IMG/VR virus record: IMGVR_UViG_3300050343_000185
DNA length: 64,000 nt
Source: a virus
Direction: 5' to 3' (one strand)
Of this stretch, positions 27,899 to 36,072 are shown piece by piece; the first letter of the stretch is position 1, and each line of letters starts with the position of its first letter. The notes under the pieces are model-generated. The model was not told the DNA's origin. It ran no database searches and was given only the letters and a program-made list of their open reading frames with translations. The position numbers and the translations under genes were made by a program.

Positions 27899-28049
27899 GT
27901 TTGTGGAAAGGTTCCCAGTGCTGCCAATCGTATTTATGAACTGCCCACATTCCTATGATGGGGACAAAGACTAAAATGGTTGAGAGAAATCCTAATCCGT
28001 ATGGGTTGTTTAATACAACCCCACAGAATCTAGCGAATTGTAACATCAT
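27891..28049 (-). CDS. 52-aa membrane micro-protein
   Basis: MMLQFARFCGVVLNNPYGLGFLSTILVFVPIIGMWAVHKYDWQHWEPFHKHE. Confidence 0.55.
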   Translation of the reverse strand: MMLQFARFCGVVLNNPYGLGFLSTILVFVPIIGMWAVHKYDWQHWEPFHKHE

Positions 28050-28129
28050 ACTGGATAAGCGTTGTTGATTCCCCAGATAACAAAAAAAGCAATGCTACCT
28101 AAAATTACTAACGATGGTATTACTTTCAT
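28046..28129 (-). CDS. 27-aa hydrophobic micro-ORF
   Basis: MKVIPSLVILGSIAFFVIWGINNAYPV; ATGA overlaps at both ends. Confidence 0.5.
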   Translation of the reverse strand: MKVIPSLVILGSIAFFVIWGINNAYPV

Positions 28130-28329
28130 ATCGTTTTTGCGTTTGTCCATAAGTCTCGGAAATAAAAATCGATACTAGTTAATGTTCCTTCTGGATGATT
28201 GTTATCAGAATCCGCCCATTGATAACTGAAGTGCATCATCTCCATTGTGATATGACTTGTACCATACATTCTTGAAAATGCTGATAAAGCAAAGTTATAT
28301 CGTTTTTTTAATTCGGGAGACCAATTCAT
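28126..28329 (-). CDS. Hypothetical protein (67 aa)
   Basis: ORF directly after petE. Confidence 0.6.
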   Translation of the reverse strand: MNWSPELKKRYNFALSAFSRMYGTSHITMEMMHFSYQWADSDNNHPEGTLTSIDFYFRDLWTNAKTI

Positions 28330-28338
28330 TATAGTCTC

Positions 28339-28662
28339 TCAATTTACGTGAACAACACCAGTCATACCTGCGCCCTGATGGGGACCACAGAAGAAGTTAT
28401 AGTCTCCTGCGTCAGCAAATACAACGTCCTGTGTTTCTCCTGGAGCAAACAGTAATGATTCTCTAGAGAGATCAGGACGTGCTTCTACAATAATATTGTG
28501 TGGTGGTAGTGCTTCGTTGATAAAGTGAACTGTGTCACCTGCCGAGATTGTGATCTCATTAGGTTCAAATACTAGGTTCCCACCAGAACCCATTACTACA
28601 TCTACTGCCCATACTGGGGCAGCAAAAAATAACACAACCAGAATCGTAATTAAAGATTTCAT
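28339..28662 (-). CDS. petE: Plastocyanin (auxiliary metabolic gene)
   Basis: Signal peptide ending PVWA; LVFEP, PHNI (His), and CGPHQGAGM (Cys, His, Met) type-1 Cu ligands. Confidence 0.95.
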   Translation of the reverse strand: MKSLITILVVLFFAAPVWAVDVVMGSGGNLVFEPNEITISAGDTVHFINEALPPHNIIVEARPDLSRESLLFAPGETQDVVFADAGDYNFFCGPHQGAGMTGVVHVN

Positions 28663-28826
28663 TTCGCTACAGAATGTTGTTCTTTGTAAGTGTTGAGTTT
28701 TTGAATTAAATCATTATACTCGTCCCACATGTATTCAGAACCCGTCTTCTCTTGGTAGAGTTGGCAAGCTTTGACTAAACGTGTGATGTCGCTGTCATTT
28801 AAACGCATTGTCATATCAGAACTCAT
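28659..28826 (-). CDS. Small conserved hypothetical protein (about 55 aa)
   Basis: MSSDMTMRLNDSDITRLVKACQLYQEKTGSEYMWDEYNDLIQKLNTYKEQHSVAK; ATGA overlap with petE. Confidence 0.6.
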   Translation of the reverse strand: MSSDMTMRLNDSDITRLVKACQLYQEKTGSEYMWDEYNDLIQKLNTYKEQHSVAK

Positions 28827-28887
28827 AATATAATTATAGATTGTGTGAGTAAAATTGCTCTATTTTAACATACTTTTAACAAGTATG

Positions 28888-29313
28888 TCAGCAATTCCAC
28901 TTACGTAGTGATTTGTTGATTCTGCTGTCCTTATCGCTAGCAGTTTTTTTGCTGGTTAGTTTCTTTTTCATGCCCTTCATTCGAGCGCAGAACGATGCCC
29001 TGCGGGGGTTTCCAACCTTTTTGCTTGGTGCCTTAAGGTCAGATCCTGGATTTTCCTTCTCATAAGATCTTCGTCCCTTTTCATTGAGACCTCCTTCTTT
29101 GTTTTTGCCTGCTTTTTTTGTCCAGGCTGCTTCTGTGGTGAGTTCAAAACTTTCTTTGGCAGTCCTCGCCGCCTTTTGAAAAGCATCCTTAGCGGGGTAG
29201 TCCTTACTACCTGACTTCGCTGGTGCTTCTCCTCGTTTTCGCTTTGCGTGGATATTTGCGTAGAGACCGCGCTTTGCTTCACAGAGTTCTTTTAGTTCTT
29301 TATAATCTCTCAT
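28888..29313 (-). CDS. Highly basic late protein (DUF6321-like), possible internal head protein
   Basis: Lys/Arg-rich; GGLNEKGR...RRASFCARM...SLRKWNC; CTAAATA at 29339-29345. Confidence 0.7.
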   Translation of the reverse strand: MRDYKELKELCEAKRGLYANIHAKRKRGEAPAKSGSKDYPAKDAFQKAARTAKESFELTTEAAWTKKAGKNKEGGLNEKGRRSYEKENPGSDLKAPSKKVGNPRRASFCARMKGMKKKLTSKKTASDKDSRINKSLRKWNC

Positions 29314-29341
29314 GACAACCGACGAGGGTGTACGAGATTAT

Positions 29342-29755
29342 TTAGCGTTTACCCCCACTCATATCTTTAAGCATCTTCTGAAGCTCTGCTGTAGATCCTA
29401 CAAACATAGCATTGTTGGTAATTTTAGATGGTCCTTTCTTATCCTCGTCAAGATCTTTCATCTTCTTATGAAGATCAGCAAGTTTGTCTGTCATGTCTGC
29501 GACGTGCTTCATTGCCGCTACAGCGACTTCATACGCTCTTGGGTGCCCTGACTCCTGAGCGACCTCTAACGCCCCGTTGACCGCCTCCTGACCCTTGTCT
29601 ATGAGGGAGTATAATTCAGTACGTGTATATCTGTAATCTTTTTCACGATCTTCAGCATCAACCTTAGGTGGTTGTGGTTTAGATGGTTTGGATTCCTCAA
29701 CAGGTTCAGCACTAATGTTGAGGATTTCCTCCATGTTATCTTCTAGGTTACTCAT
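29342..29755 (-). CDS. gp16: Terminase small subunit
   Basis: SGHPRAYEVA, ITNNAMFVGSTAEL. Confidence 0.92.
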   Translation of the reverse strand: MSNLEDNMEEILNISAEPVEESKPSKPQPPKVDAEDREKDYRYTRTELYSLIDKGQEAVNGALEVAQESGHPRAYEVAVAAMKHVADMTDKLADLHKKMKDLDEDKKGPSKITNNAMFVGSTAELQKMLKDMSGGKR

Positions 29756-30552
29756 AAGAATTGAATCCCTTCATTAAATCCAAAGTCATCACCAGCATCA
29801 ACTAAGGCATCATCGTTTACATCGATAACTCCATCAGTATTGATATCTGTAATTGCTTTTGGTGTATATGTTCTTGTAATTGTTCTACGACCGACATCAA
29901 GATCGCCCAAAGTTTCATGGATAATTGCTTTCTTGATGACATCCGCAGTGTTGTATGGACCATACAGATACGATTTCATTGTAAACTGTAGTGTATAAGC
30001 AATATATCTACGCTCTAGAAAACTATCATCCCACTCATCTTCTCCACTGATACCATTTAATACAATAGCAATATCACGTTTCTCATTCATGTCTGGTATC
30101 ATGTTAAGAGTGATACTAAAAGATGGTTGAAAATATGGCAGAATTTGCTCTACAATCTGTAAAGCATCATCTTGAGATTTGGCAATAACTCCTAGTTCAA
30201 AATTTATATTATAAGGAACAGGAACATATTGAACTCTAACTTCACCACCATTACCATCAATGATAGTTTTGTATTTTTGAATTGGTGATGTCTTACGGGA
30301 AGAATCGTAATCAATTCCTGTCATCTCAAAGTAAATACGTGGCAAAGTAATTGCCACTTTACTGCTGCTAGCATTCTCTCCAATACGAACCAAGAACTTT
30401 TGTTTTGGTCCATAGGCAAGAGGAACTTTAATTTCCTCTAAAACTTCTCCTGTCTCAGGATCAGAACTCTTCATTGTGATATTATTGAAGAGTGTACCAA
30501 ATGCAATAATGTTCTTGCGAACTATTTGGTTATAAAAATGTGATCCTAACAT
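29752..30552 (-). CDS. gp15: Tail sheath terminator / proximal stabiliser
   Basis: FGTLFNNI, KVPLAYGPKQKFL, QILPYFQP. Confidence 0.94.
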   Translation of the reverse strand: MLGSHFYNQIVRKNIIAFGTLFNNITMKSSDPETGEVLEEIKVPLAYGPKQKFLVRIGENASSSKVAITLPRIYFEMTGIDYDSSRKTSPIQKYKTIIDGNGGEVRVQYVPVPYNINFELGVIAKSQDDALQIVEQILPYFQPSFSITLNMIPDMNEKRDIAIVLNGISGEDEWDDSFLERRYIAYTLQFTMKSYLYGPYNTADVIKKAIIHETLGDLDVGRRTITRTYTPKAITDINTDGVIDVNDDALVDAGDDFGFNEGIQFL

Positions 30553-31676
30553 TAGATGCTATCCGTAAAGTTGCCAAATTCACCGAATGGATTACCTTCA
30601 GTCCAGTCGATAATCTCATCACCAGAATCTTCGATCTGTCTATTCTGATCGTAGTTGCTGTTGGTATTATTTAGAGTGTCGAATGTCTCAGGACTCCACT
30701 TGGCACCTGAAGTTATACCAGTAATTACTTCAGCAGTAGTAAAGGTTCCTGTTCTATTGTAGACTTGGAGAGCTCTGGTTGCGCTATCCCAGGACTTAAC
30801 TTCTGCTCTGTTATCTTTGGGTGAGTAATCAATTGTGATAGTAGGCGCAGAACTATAACCGCTCCCGCCACTGGTGATAGCAATGCCGTTAACAATGCCA
30901 GTAGAGCTAACCGTTGTAGTAGCAGTTGCACCTGTTCCACCTCCTCCAGAAATAGTTACGGATGGTGGTGTAGCAACTTTATAATGTGCTCCACCATCTG
31001 AAATTGTAATACTTGAAACAGCATCGCCTGTAATAGCAGATGTTGCTTTTGCTAAGAACTCATCACCAACAATCTCTTCTCCAACTATAAAGTCTCCAGA
31101 ACCACCAGGGTCCATGAATAGTTTAATTGCTGGATCAAATAGTTCTTCCACATCATCAATCTCTTCAACGCCTGTCTCGAACGAATCACTACCAACCTCA
31201 TAGATCTCAGCAGTGATAGCATAGAATTGGATCTTACCAAACTGGAAGAATGGTTCTTCCTTACCAACAAATTTAATCTCGTAGATATCTTTTGTTAGTG
31301 GGAAGTAGAGTAGATCTCCCTCGTTAGGTCTACTCTCAACAGTAATAGTAGGATTATGATCTGCTACTTCTTCGTCCCATCTTCTAGTAGATACTCGGAA
31401 GATAATCTCATCAGTAATCCTTAAACCAAACTTGGAGATAAACTCAGCGTTGTCTCCAAATCCCATGACGTTTTGAAGCAACATCTCAATTTGAAAATGT
31501 TCTTGATACTTAGAGTATCTAACCTCATTAAGAGTGTTATCTTTTAGAGCTACTCTAGGAATATAGTATATGTCTGTTCCGAACAGTTTGATTTGTTCGT
31601 CCACAAGATCCTGTGCGAGACCTTGCTCGCCGCTATGACCTGCGTAGTAAGTTGGAAAATAGGGACTAGTAGGCAT
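30552..31676 (-). CDS. gp14: Neck protein
   Basis: DEQIKLFG, SKFGLRITDE, RPNEGDLLYFP; carries a GSGY-type insertion domain. Confidence 0.93.
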   Translation of the reverse strand: MPTSPYFPTYYAGHSGEQGLAQDLVDEQIKLFGTDIYYIPRVALKDNTLNEVRYSKYQEHFQIEMLLQNVMGFGDNAEFISKFGLRITDEIIFRVSTRRWDEEVADHNPTITVESRPNEGDLLYFPLTKDIYEIKFVGKEEPFFQFGKIQFYAITAEIYEVGSDSFETGVEEIDDVEELFDPAIKLFMDPGGSGDFIVGEEIVGDEFLAKATSAITGDAVSSITISDGGAHYKVATPPSVTISGGGGTGATATTTVSSTGIVNGIAITSGGSGYSSAPTITIDYSPKDNRAEVKSWDSATRALQVYNRTGTFTTAEVITGITSGAKWSPETFDTLNNTNSNYDQNRQIEDSGDEIIDWTEGNPFGEFGNFTDSI

Positions 31677-31677
31677 C

Positions 31678-32479
31678 TTATCCGATCATATCCATAGGTG
31701 GAATGGCGTACTTACTGAGAACTTCGCTTTCGATTTTCTCAATCTCGCCTAATGCGTCTGTATATAATTCTCTACCATTAAGCGTGATACCGCCAGGTAG
31801 TTGAACGTTGTTATATTTAATCAAGTTTTGACCCCACTGTCTCTTCATAAGAGCAGTAGCATATTTCTTGACAAACATATCATTATTCATCTCTGTAGCA
31901 TCTGTAGGATCAATCATCCTATGTGCCTCAATTACAAGATAAGTATCTTCTTTGAGGAATGCTTTATTGATGTCAAGATATAAACGATCACGACGCTGTG
32001 TATATCTGAACTGTTGGAACGAACCATTATTCAGAATCATATCTAGAGTTTCTAGATACTGCTTATTCATAAAGTAGTTGACAATATCAAGAGATCCGAA
32101 TGCATATAGATCATTCAGGAACATCTGATACTCAACACCAAAGAGATTAGATCTAATTGAGTTGCTGACTAAACCAAAAACTTTACTGACACCAACTACA
32201 TGATCTGGAACAGGAATATAGTTAGTAGACTCTTCCCAGTTTGTTGTTCCAGATGATGTTGTTGACTTACCTATTGAAACGAGTTATGTCATCGGCAGTG
32301 ATTTCATGCCTCATGAAACATCTTTCCATGCCGTTGTAGCAGTTCTCTTGGAAGAACTGATACGTGTCATCAATAACATTATTTACTTGTTCGTCATCAA
32401 TGTTAACTTGTAATACAGGCTCACCAAGTTGCCTCTTACAATATGTGATAAGATCAGCTCTTGAATTTGGAGACGCCAT
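31678..32479 (-). CDS. gp13: Neck protein (one apparent +1 indel near 32272)
   Basis: LITYCKRQLGEPVLQVN in one frame; KKYATALMKRQWGQNL and LPGGITLNG in the next. Removing one base gives a 266-aa ORF. Confidence 0.9.
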
Positions 32480-32486
32480 TACACAC

Positions 32487-32520
32487 AAAAATCCCTTCTT
32501 ACCTATTTAGGAAGAAGGGA
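32487..32520 (-). terminator. Terminator hairpin with a late promoter (CTAAATA) in its loop
   Basis: Minus strand TCCCTTCTT-CCT-AAAT-AGG-T-AAGAAGGGA-TTTTT. Confidence 0.75.
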
Positions 32521-32528
32521 TCTGAGAG

Positions 32529-32726
32529 TTATTCTACTACTTCTGTGGGCGCTGCTTCTGCTGCTTCCTCAGGTTTCTCTTCTAGAAGACCTAGAGTTTC
32601 TAGACCGCCTTCCAGTTTAATTTTATATTCTTTTGCTTTGACTAGATTTGTTTCGAGTTCAGCAATTTGCTTTTCGGTTGTAGCAATTTGCTCTTCAAAA
32701 TTTGTTTTAAGTTGTGCGGGATCCAT
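32529..32726 (-). CDS. Small acidic coiled-coil protein (65 aa)
   Basis: Heptad-like EEQIATTEKQIAELETNL. Confidence 0.7.
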   Translation of the reverse strand: MDPAQLKTNFEEQIATTEKQIAELETNLVKAKEYKIKLEGGLETLGLLEEKPEEAAEAAPTEVVE

Positions 32727-32731
32727 AGTTA

Positions 32732-33274
32732 TCAGGGGATGAAATTGAAGTTAATTACAAATCGGGAATTGTGTGTGGGTTTACTGCTTGAGTGAAAACG
32801 TAAACCATCAAAGAAAACACACCGTCCCTTCTTTGGTGTGACATTGCTATTTATATCATATTCAGCAATCGGATCTCCGTACATTCTTTCACTAAAATAC
32901 GTATCACCATCACTATCATTTACATAATATAGACAGACCATATGTGGATCTGCTAAGTCAACATGCATAGAATCATATTCTTTATGTCTCACTCCAGGCG
33001 TCTGTAAAAAACATCTACCACGAATGACATTAGAAACACTGATTCCTGTATTATAACATGCCTCAAATAAGAGAGGCATAAACATTCCAGTATAACTGCT
33101 AGTAGATTTTCCGTCAAGTAAGAACATATGAGAAAATCCTGGTAGTTGACTCTCTCCATCTTCTGATAGATTGTCGTGGTAGACCCACCTAAAATCTGTA
33201 TCAACTCTCAATGTTTCGTGAATAAAATTTTGATAGTTTGGATTGATACAGTTGTCTTTAATAATGTTCTTCAT
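32732..33274 (-). CDS. 2OG-Fe(II) oxygenase
   Basis: MHVD, LYYVNDSDGDT, RFHSSS, RFVINFN. Confidence 0.82.
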   Translation of the reverse strand: MKNIIKDNCINPNYQNFIHETLRVDTDFRWVYHDNLSEDGESQLPGFSHMFLLDGKSTSSYTGMFMPLLFEACYNTGISVSNVIRGRCFLQTPGVRHKEYDSMHVDLADPHMVCLYYVNDSDGDTYFSERMYGDPIAEYDINSNVTPKKGRCVFFDGLRFHSSSKPTHNSRFVINFNFIP

Positions 33275-33863
33275 CAGGACCCTCCACGTTCCAAGTTAAG
33301 TTTCCAGATACTGTCACTCTCTCAAGTATGGTAGATTTGAAAGGATAGACAGCATGTTTAGTTGTAGATGGAAACATTAGTATAACACCGTTCCAGGACT
33401 TATCCACAGGTAACACTTCTGCTTCTAGTTGGAACGCACCATTGCTTCTATGTGTGTTTCTCTCTTCTTCACCATATGGTATATCGACAAAGATAACAAA
33501 ACTCACAATACCAGAATGTGTATGGATAGGATTGTATTCATTTTGTCTCTGATAATTTACCCATAGGTTTCTTAGTTTGATATATGGTGTAACATTATTT
33601 GTCTGTTGAAAATCCCACGGACAGGTTTCATATACCTCAGACCACAGTTGTGTCGAAAGATTAATAACATATTCTTCAAATTCAGGACACTCATACTTCC
33701 ATTCAGATAAACTTGACTGCTGTGCCAAGGCACCAGCTAGTCGCCCATTGTAATTCCAGGTTCTTTCTTGTCTACGTTTCTTTGTATAAGCATATAGATC
33801 TTTGTATACATTGTCTGGTATTTTCTCTGATATAAATGAGAGATTGCTTTGTTGATAAATCAT
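33258..33863 (-). CDS. Putative 2OG-Fe(II) oxygenase (HxH type)
   Basis: WVNYQRQNEYNPIHTH, MFPSTTKHAVYPF, RVTVSGN. Confidence 0.82.
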   Translation of the reverse strand: MIYQQSNLSFISEKIPDNVYKDLYAYTKKRRQERTWNYNGRLAGALAQQSSLSEWKYECPEFEEYVINLSTQLWSEVYETCPWDFQQTNNVTPYIKLRNLWVNYQRQNEYNPIHTHSGIVSFVIFVDIPYGEEERNTHRSNGAFQLEAEVLPVDKSWNGVILMFPSTTKHAVYPFKSTILERVTVSGNLTWNVEGPDEEHY

Positions 33864-34375
33864 GGATATAAATCAGCACTTATACTGTATCGTTTTTGAT
33901 CTTCCACTCCTTTACCTGGTGTATGTGGTAGATTGGATGGAAATATAAACCACGTCAGTAATTTATTGGGCAAGTAATATGGTTCTCTTTTCGGTATAGG
34001 AAACATTGTAGTTCCAGATGTACCTAATTTTACATACATTATACCAGACAATGTAAAAGGATTCTCTGGATTATGTGAATGCATGTATGGTTCTATTGGA
34101 TTGTTATTCCAATCTACATACACCCACGAACTTATATTGTAATCAAATATATCCATACCCCAAAACCTGGAACATGCATCATAGAAAGACCATTTTAAAT
34201 GTTTGATCATAGGTTCATCATGTTCTAAAAAATCATCCTTACCATCAGTAAAGGTAAGTTTAGATACATGATCCATATTTTTAGTAAGGGTATTATCTAC
34301 AATAGAAGTATCAATAAATTTTATAAGTTTATCTGCATCAATATCTACTGGATATCCCCTAATTGCTAATACCAT
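33860..34375 (-). CDS. Putative 2OG-Fe(II) oxygenase (HxH type)
   Basis: YMHSH, LSGIMYV, IFPSNLPHTP, RYSISAD. Confidence 0.75.
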   Translation of the reverse strand: MVLAIRGYPVDIDADKLIKFIDTSIVDNTLTKNMDHVSKLTFTDGKDDFLEHDEPMIKHLKWSFYDACSRFWGMDIFDYNISSWVYVDWNNNPIEPYMHSHNPENPFTLSGIMYVKLGTSGTTMFPIPKREPYYLPNKLLTWFIFPSNLPHTPGKGVEDQKRYSISADLYP

Positions 34376-34946
34376 TTTCTTGTAGTTTGTGAAATAATAT
34401 GTTCATGTATATCAGGATCACAGAAAGAAAAAGCAATCGTTGTCCTGATTTCATTTCCAATTAAACTATTGGGAGGTTGACCTTTGTGTAACCAGTTTGA
34501 CGGGATGAATACTCCTGTGTTAGGAACATAAGGTGTGAAATGATATTCATCATCAGGTGTCTGACATACAAATTCACCACCCCACTCTACATCCCAGTGT
34601 GGTTGATTAAAATAAATGAACGTCCACACACCATGCTCTTCCCAATCTTTATGGAAGATGGTATTCTGTCCTGCAGTTTGACCATTGACATGTATCTTAC
34701 ATAGTTTTATATCTCTACGTAGATACTTCATCATTTTTAATCTTACGTAGTAGCACACTTAGTAAAGATAAGATCAGTTCTTAGTGGATGCTGCCAAGAC
34801 ACAGGATCACCTTGACCATATGAAGCATTGTTGAATGTCCACGTAGCTAAACTATTCATGGATGGAGATCTGCGATTAAAATAATCCCAGAGAGTAATAC
34901 ACTCTGATTCTGGTAATACATTTTTAATAACAATAGGTTTATTCAT
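34366..34946 (-). CDS. 2OG-Fe(II) oxygenase (one apparent -1 indel near 34748)
   Basis: MNKPIVIKN... joins ...IFHKDW, WGGEF, WLHKG, RTTIAF. ATGA overlap at 34943-34946. Confidence 0.78.
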
Positions 34947-35506
34947 GTCCACCAAATCCAACCAGTAATAATATATTTTTCTTGTGTCTCTGATATCTGT
35001 CCTCTATGCTTGTGAGTAAGACCTGCTGGAAAGATAACAGTTTTACCTTTCTCTGCTTTGACAGTATAATCTTGGTAGTAAAATTCTGTACCACCATCAG
35101 GAACATCATTAAGATACGTGATATAGACAAACGCTCTATCACAACCTTCAAGACCAGATGCATCTACATGCCATGTATAGAATCCATCCCCAGGTTTGTA
35201 GTATTGAATCTGAGGCAATTGTTTCGCAACAAAAGATAAATTATCAATCTTTAGTGACTGCAAATATTCTTTTATAAAACTATCAACCTGGTTTTTATAC
35301 AAATCAAATTTATAGTCCTTTGCAGATCCACATGGAGCAGCCTCTTCAATAAAAAAATCTTTACTCTTTTTTATTTCAGGGACAATACTTCCCCCACCTA
35401 CACGACCAGCATAGGTTAACTCTTTCTCGTCAGCAACATGGAACAGGTCTATTAACTTATCACAAATAGATAAATCGTTTAATTTATACTCTTTAATAAA
35501 TTTCAT
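34943..35506 (-). CDS. 2OG-Fe(II) oxygenase (prolyl-4-hydroxylase-like)
   Basis: IQYYKPGDGFYTWHVD, YLNDVPDGGTEF, THKHRG, KYIITGW; true start MKFIKE. Confidence 0.88.
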   Translation of the reverse strand: MKFIKEYKLNDLSICDKLIDLFHVADEKELTYAGRVGGGSIVPEIKKSKDFFIEEAAPCGSAKDYKFDLYKNQVDSFIKEYLQSLKIDNLSFVAKQLPQIQYYKPGDGFYTWHVDASGLEGCDRAFVYITYLNDVPDGGTEFYYQDYTVKAEKGKTVIFPAGLTHKHRGQISETQEKYIITGWIWWT

Positions 35507-36072
35507 TTGTATGCTGGTCCTTGTATCCAACCCACCAAAGAATGTCTAACACCTGATGTAATTGGTTTTACTCTATGTGGAGTGTCTGCTTGAAATAATA
35601 TAATATCTCTCTTTTTCAATTCTATCACATTTTTTTCTGATGTACGAATTTCAAATTCACCACCCTCAAACTCATCGTTTAATAAAACAGTAAAACTTAT
35701 TTTACGAACTCTATTCTCTGGTCTTTTACCAGGACTCCAGTTTGATTCGTCAATGTGCCAATCATAAAAATCATCAACATCATACTTTGTTAGTTGAAAT
35801 GGTTCCATAAAATTTACATCTAGATTCCACTCACATTTTGAATTTGCAAATGCAACCAATCCATCCATTAATTCGTATACATTACTATCATCTACCCAAC
35901 AAACTTTAGAGCTTCTATCTGGATGATCTTCACTACTACTATACGTCTCACCATCCCATAGATCAGTTTTACCTTGATTGTATTTGTTATATGGTTTTAG
36001 TGCTTTTTCTAATAAAGGAAAAAAATCATCGTCAAGATGAACGATCATATATTGATGTTTAAATGAGTTCAT
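35503..36072 (-). CDS. 2OG-Fe(II) oxygenase (PKHD/P4H-like)
   Basis: QLTKY...YDWHID...RKISFTVLLN.EFEGGEF...PHRVKPITSGVRHSLVGW; true start MNSFKH. Confidence 0.9.
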   Translation of the reverse strand: MNSFKHQYMIVHLDDDFFPLLEKALKPYNKYNQGKTDLWDGETYSSSEDHPDRSSKVCWVDDSNVYELMDGLVAFANSKCEWNLDVNFMEPFQLTKYDVDDFYDWHIDESNWSPGKRPENRVRKISFTVLLNDEFEGGEFEIRTSEKNVIELKKRDIILFQADTPHRVKPITSGVRHSLVGWIQGPAYK

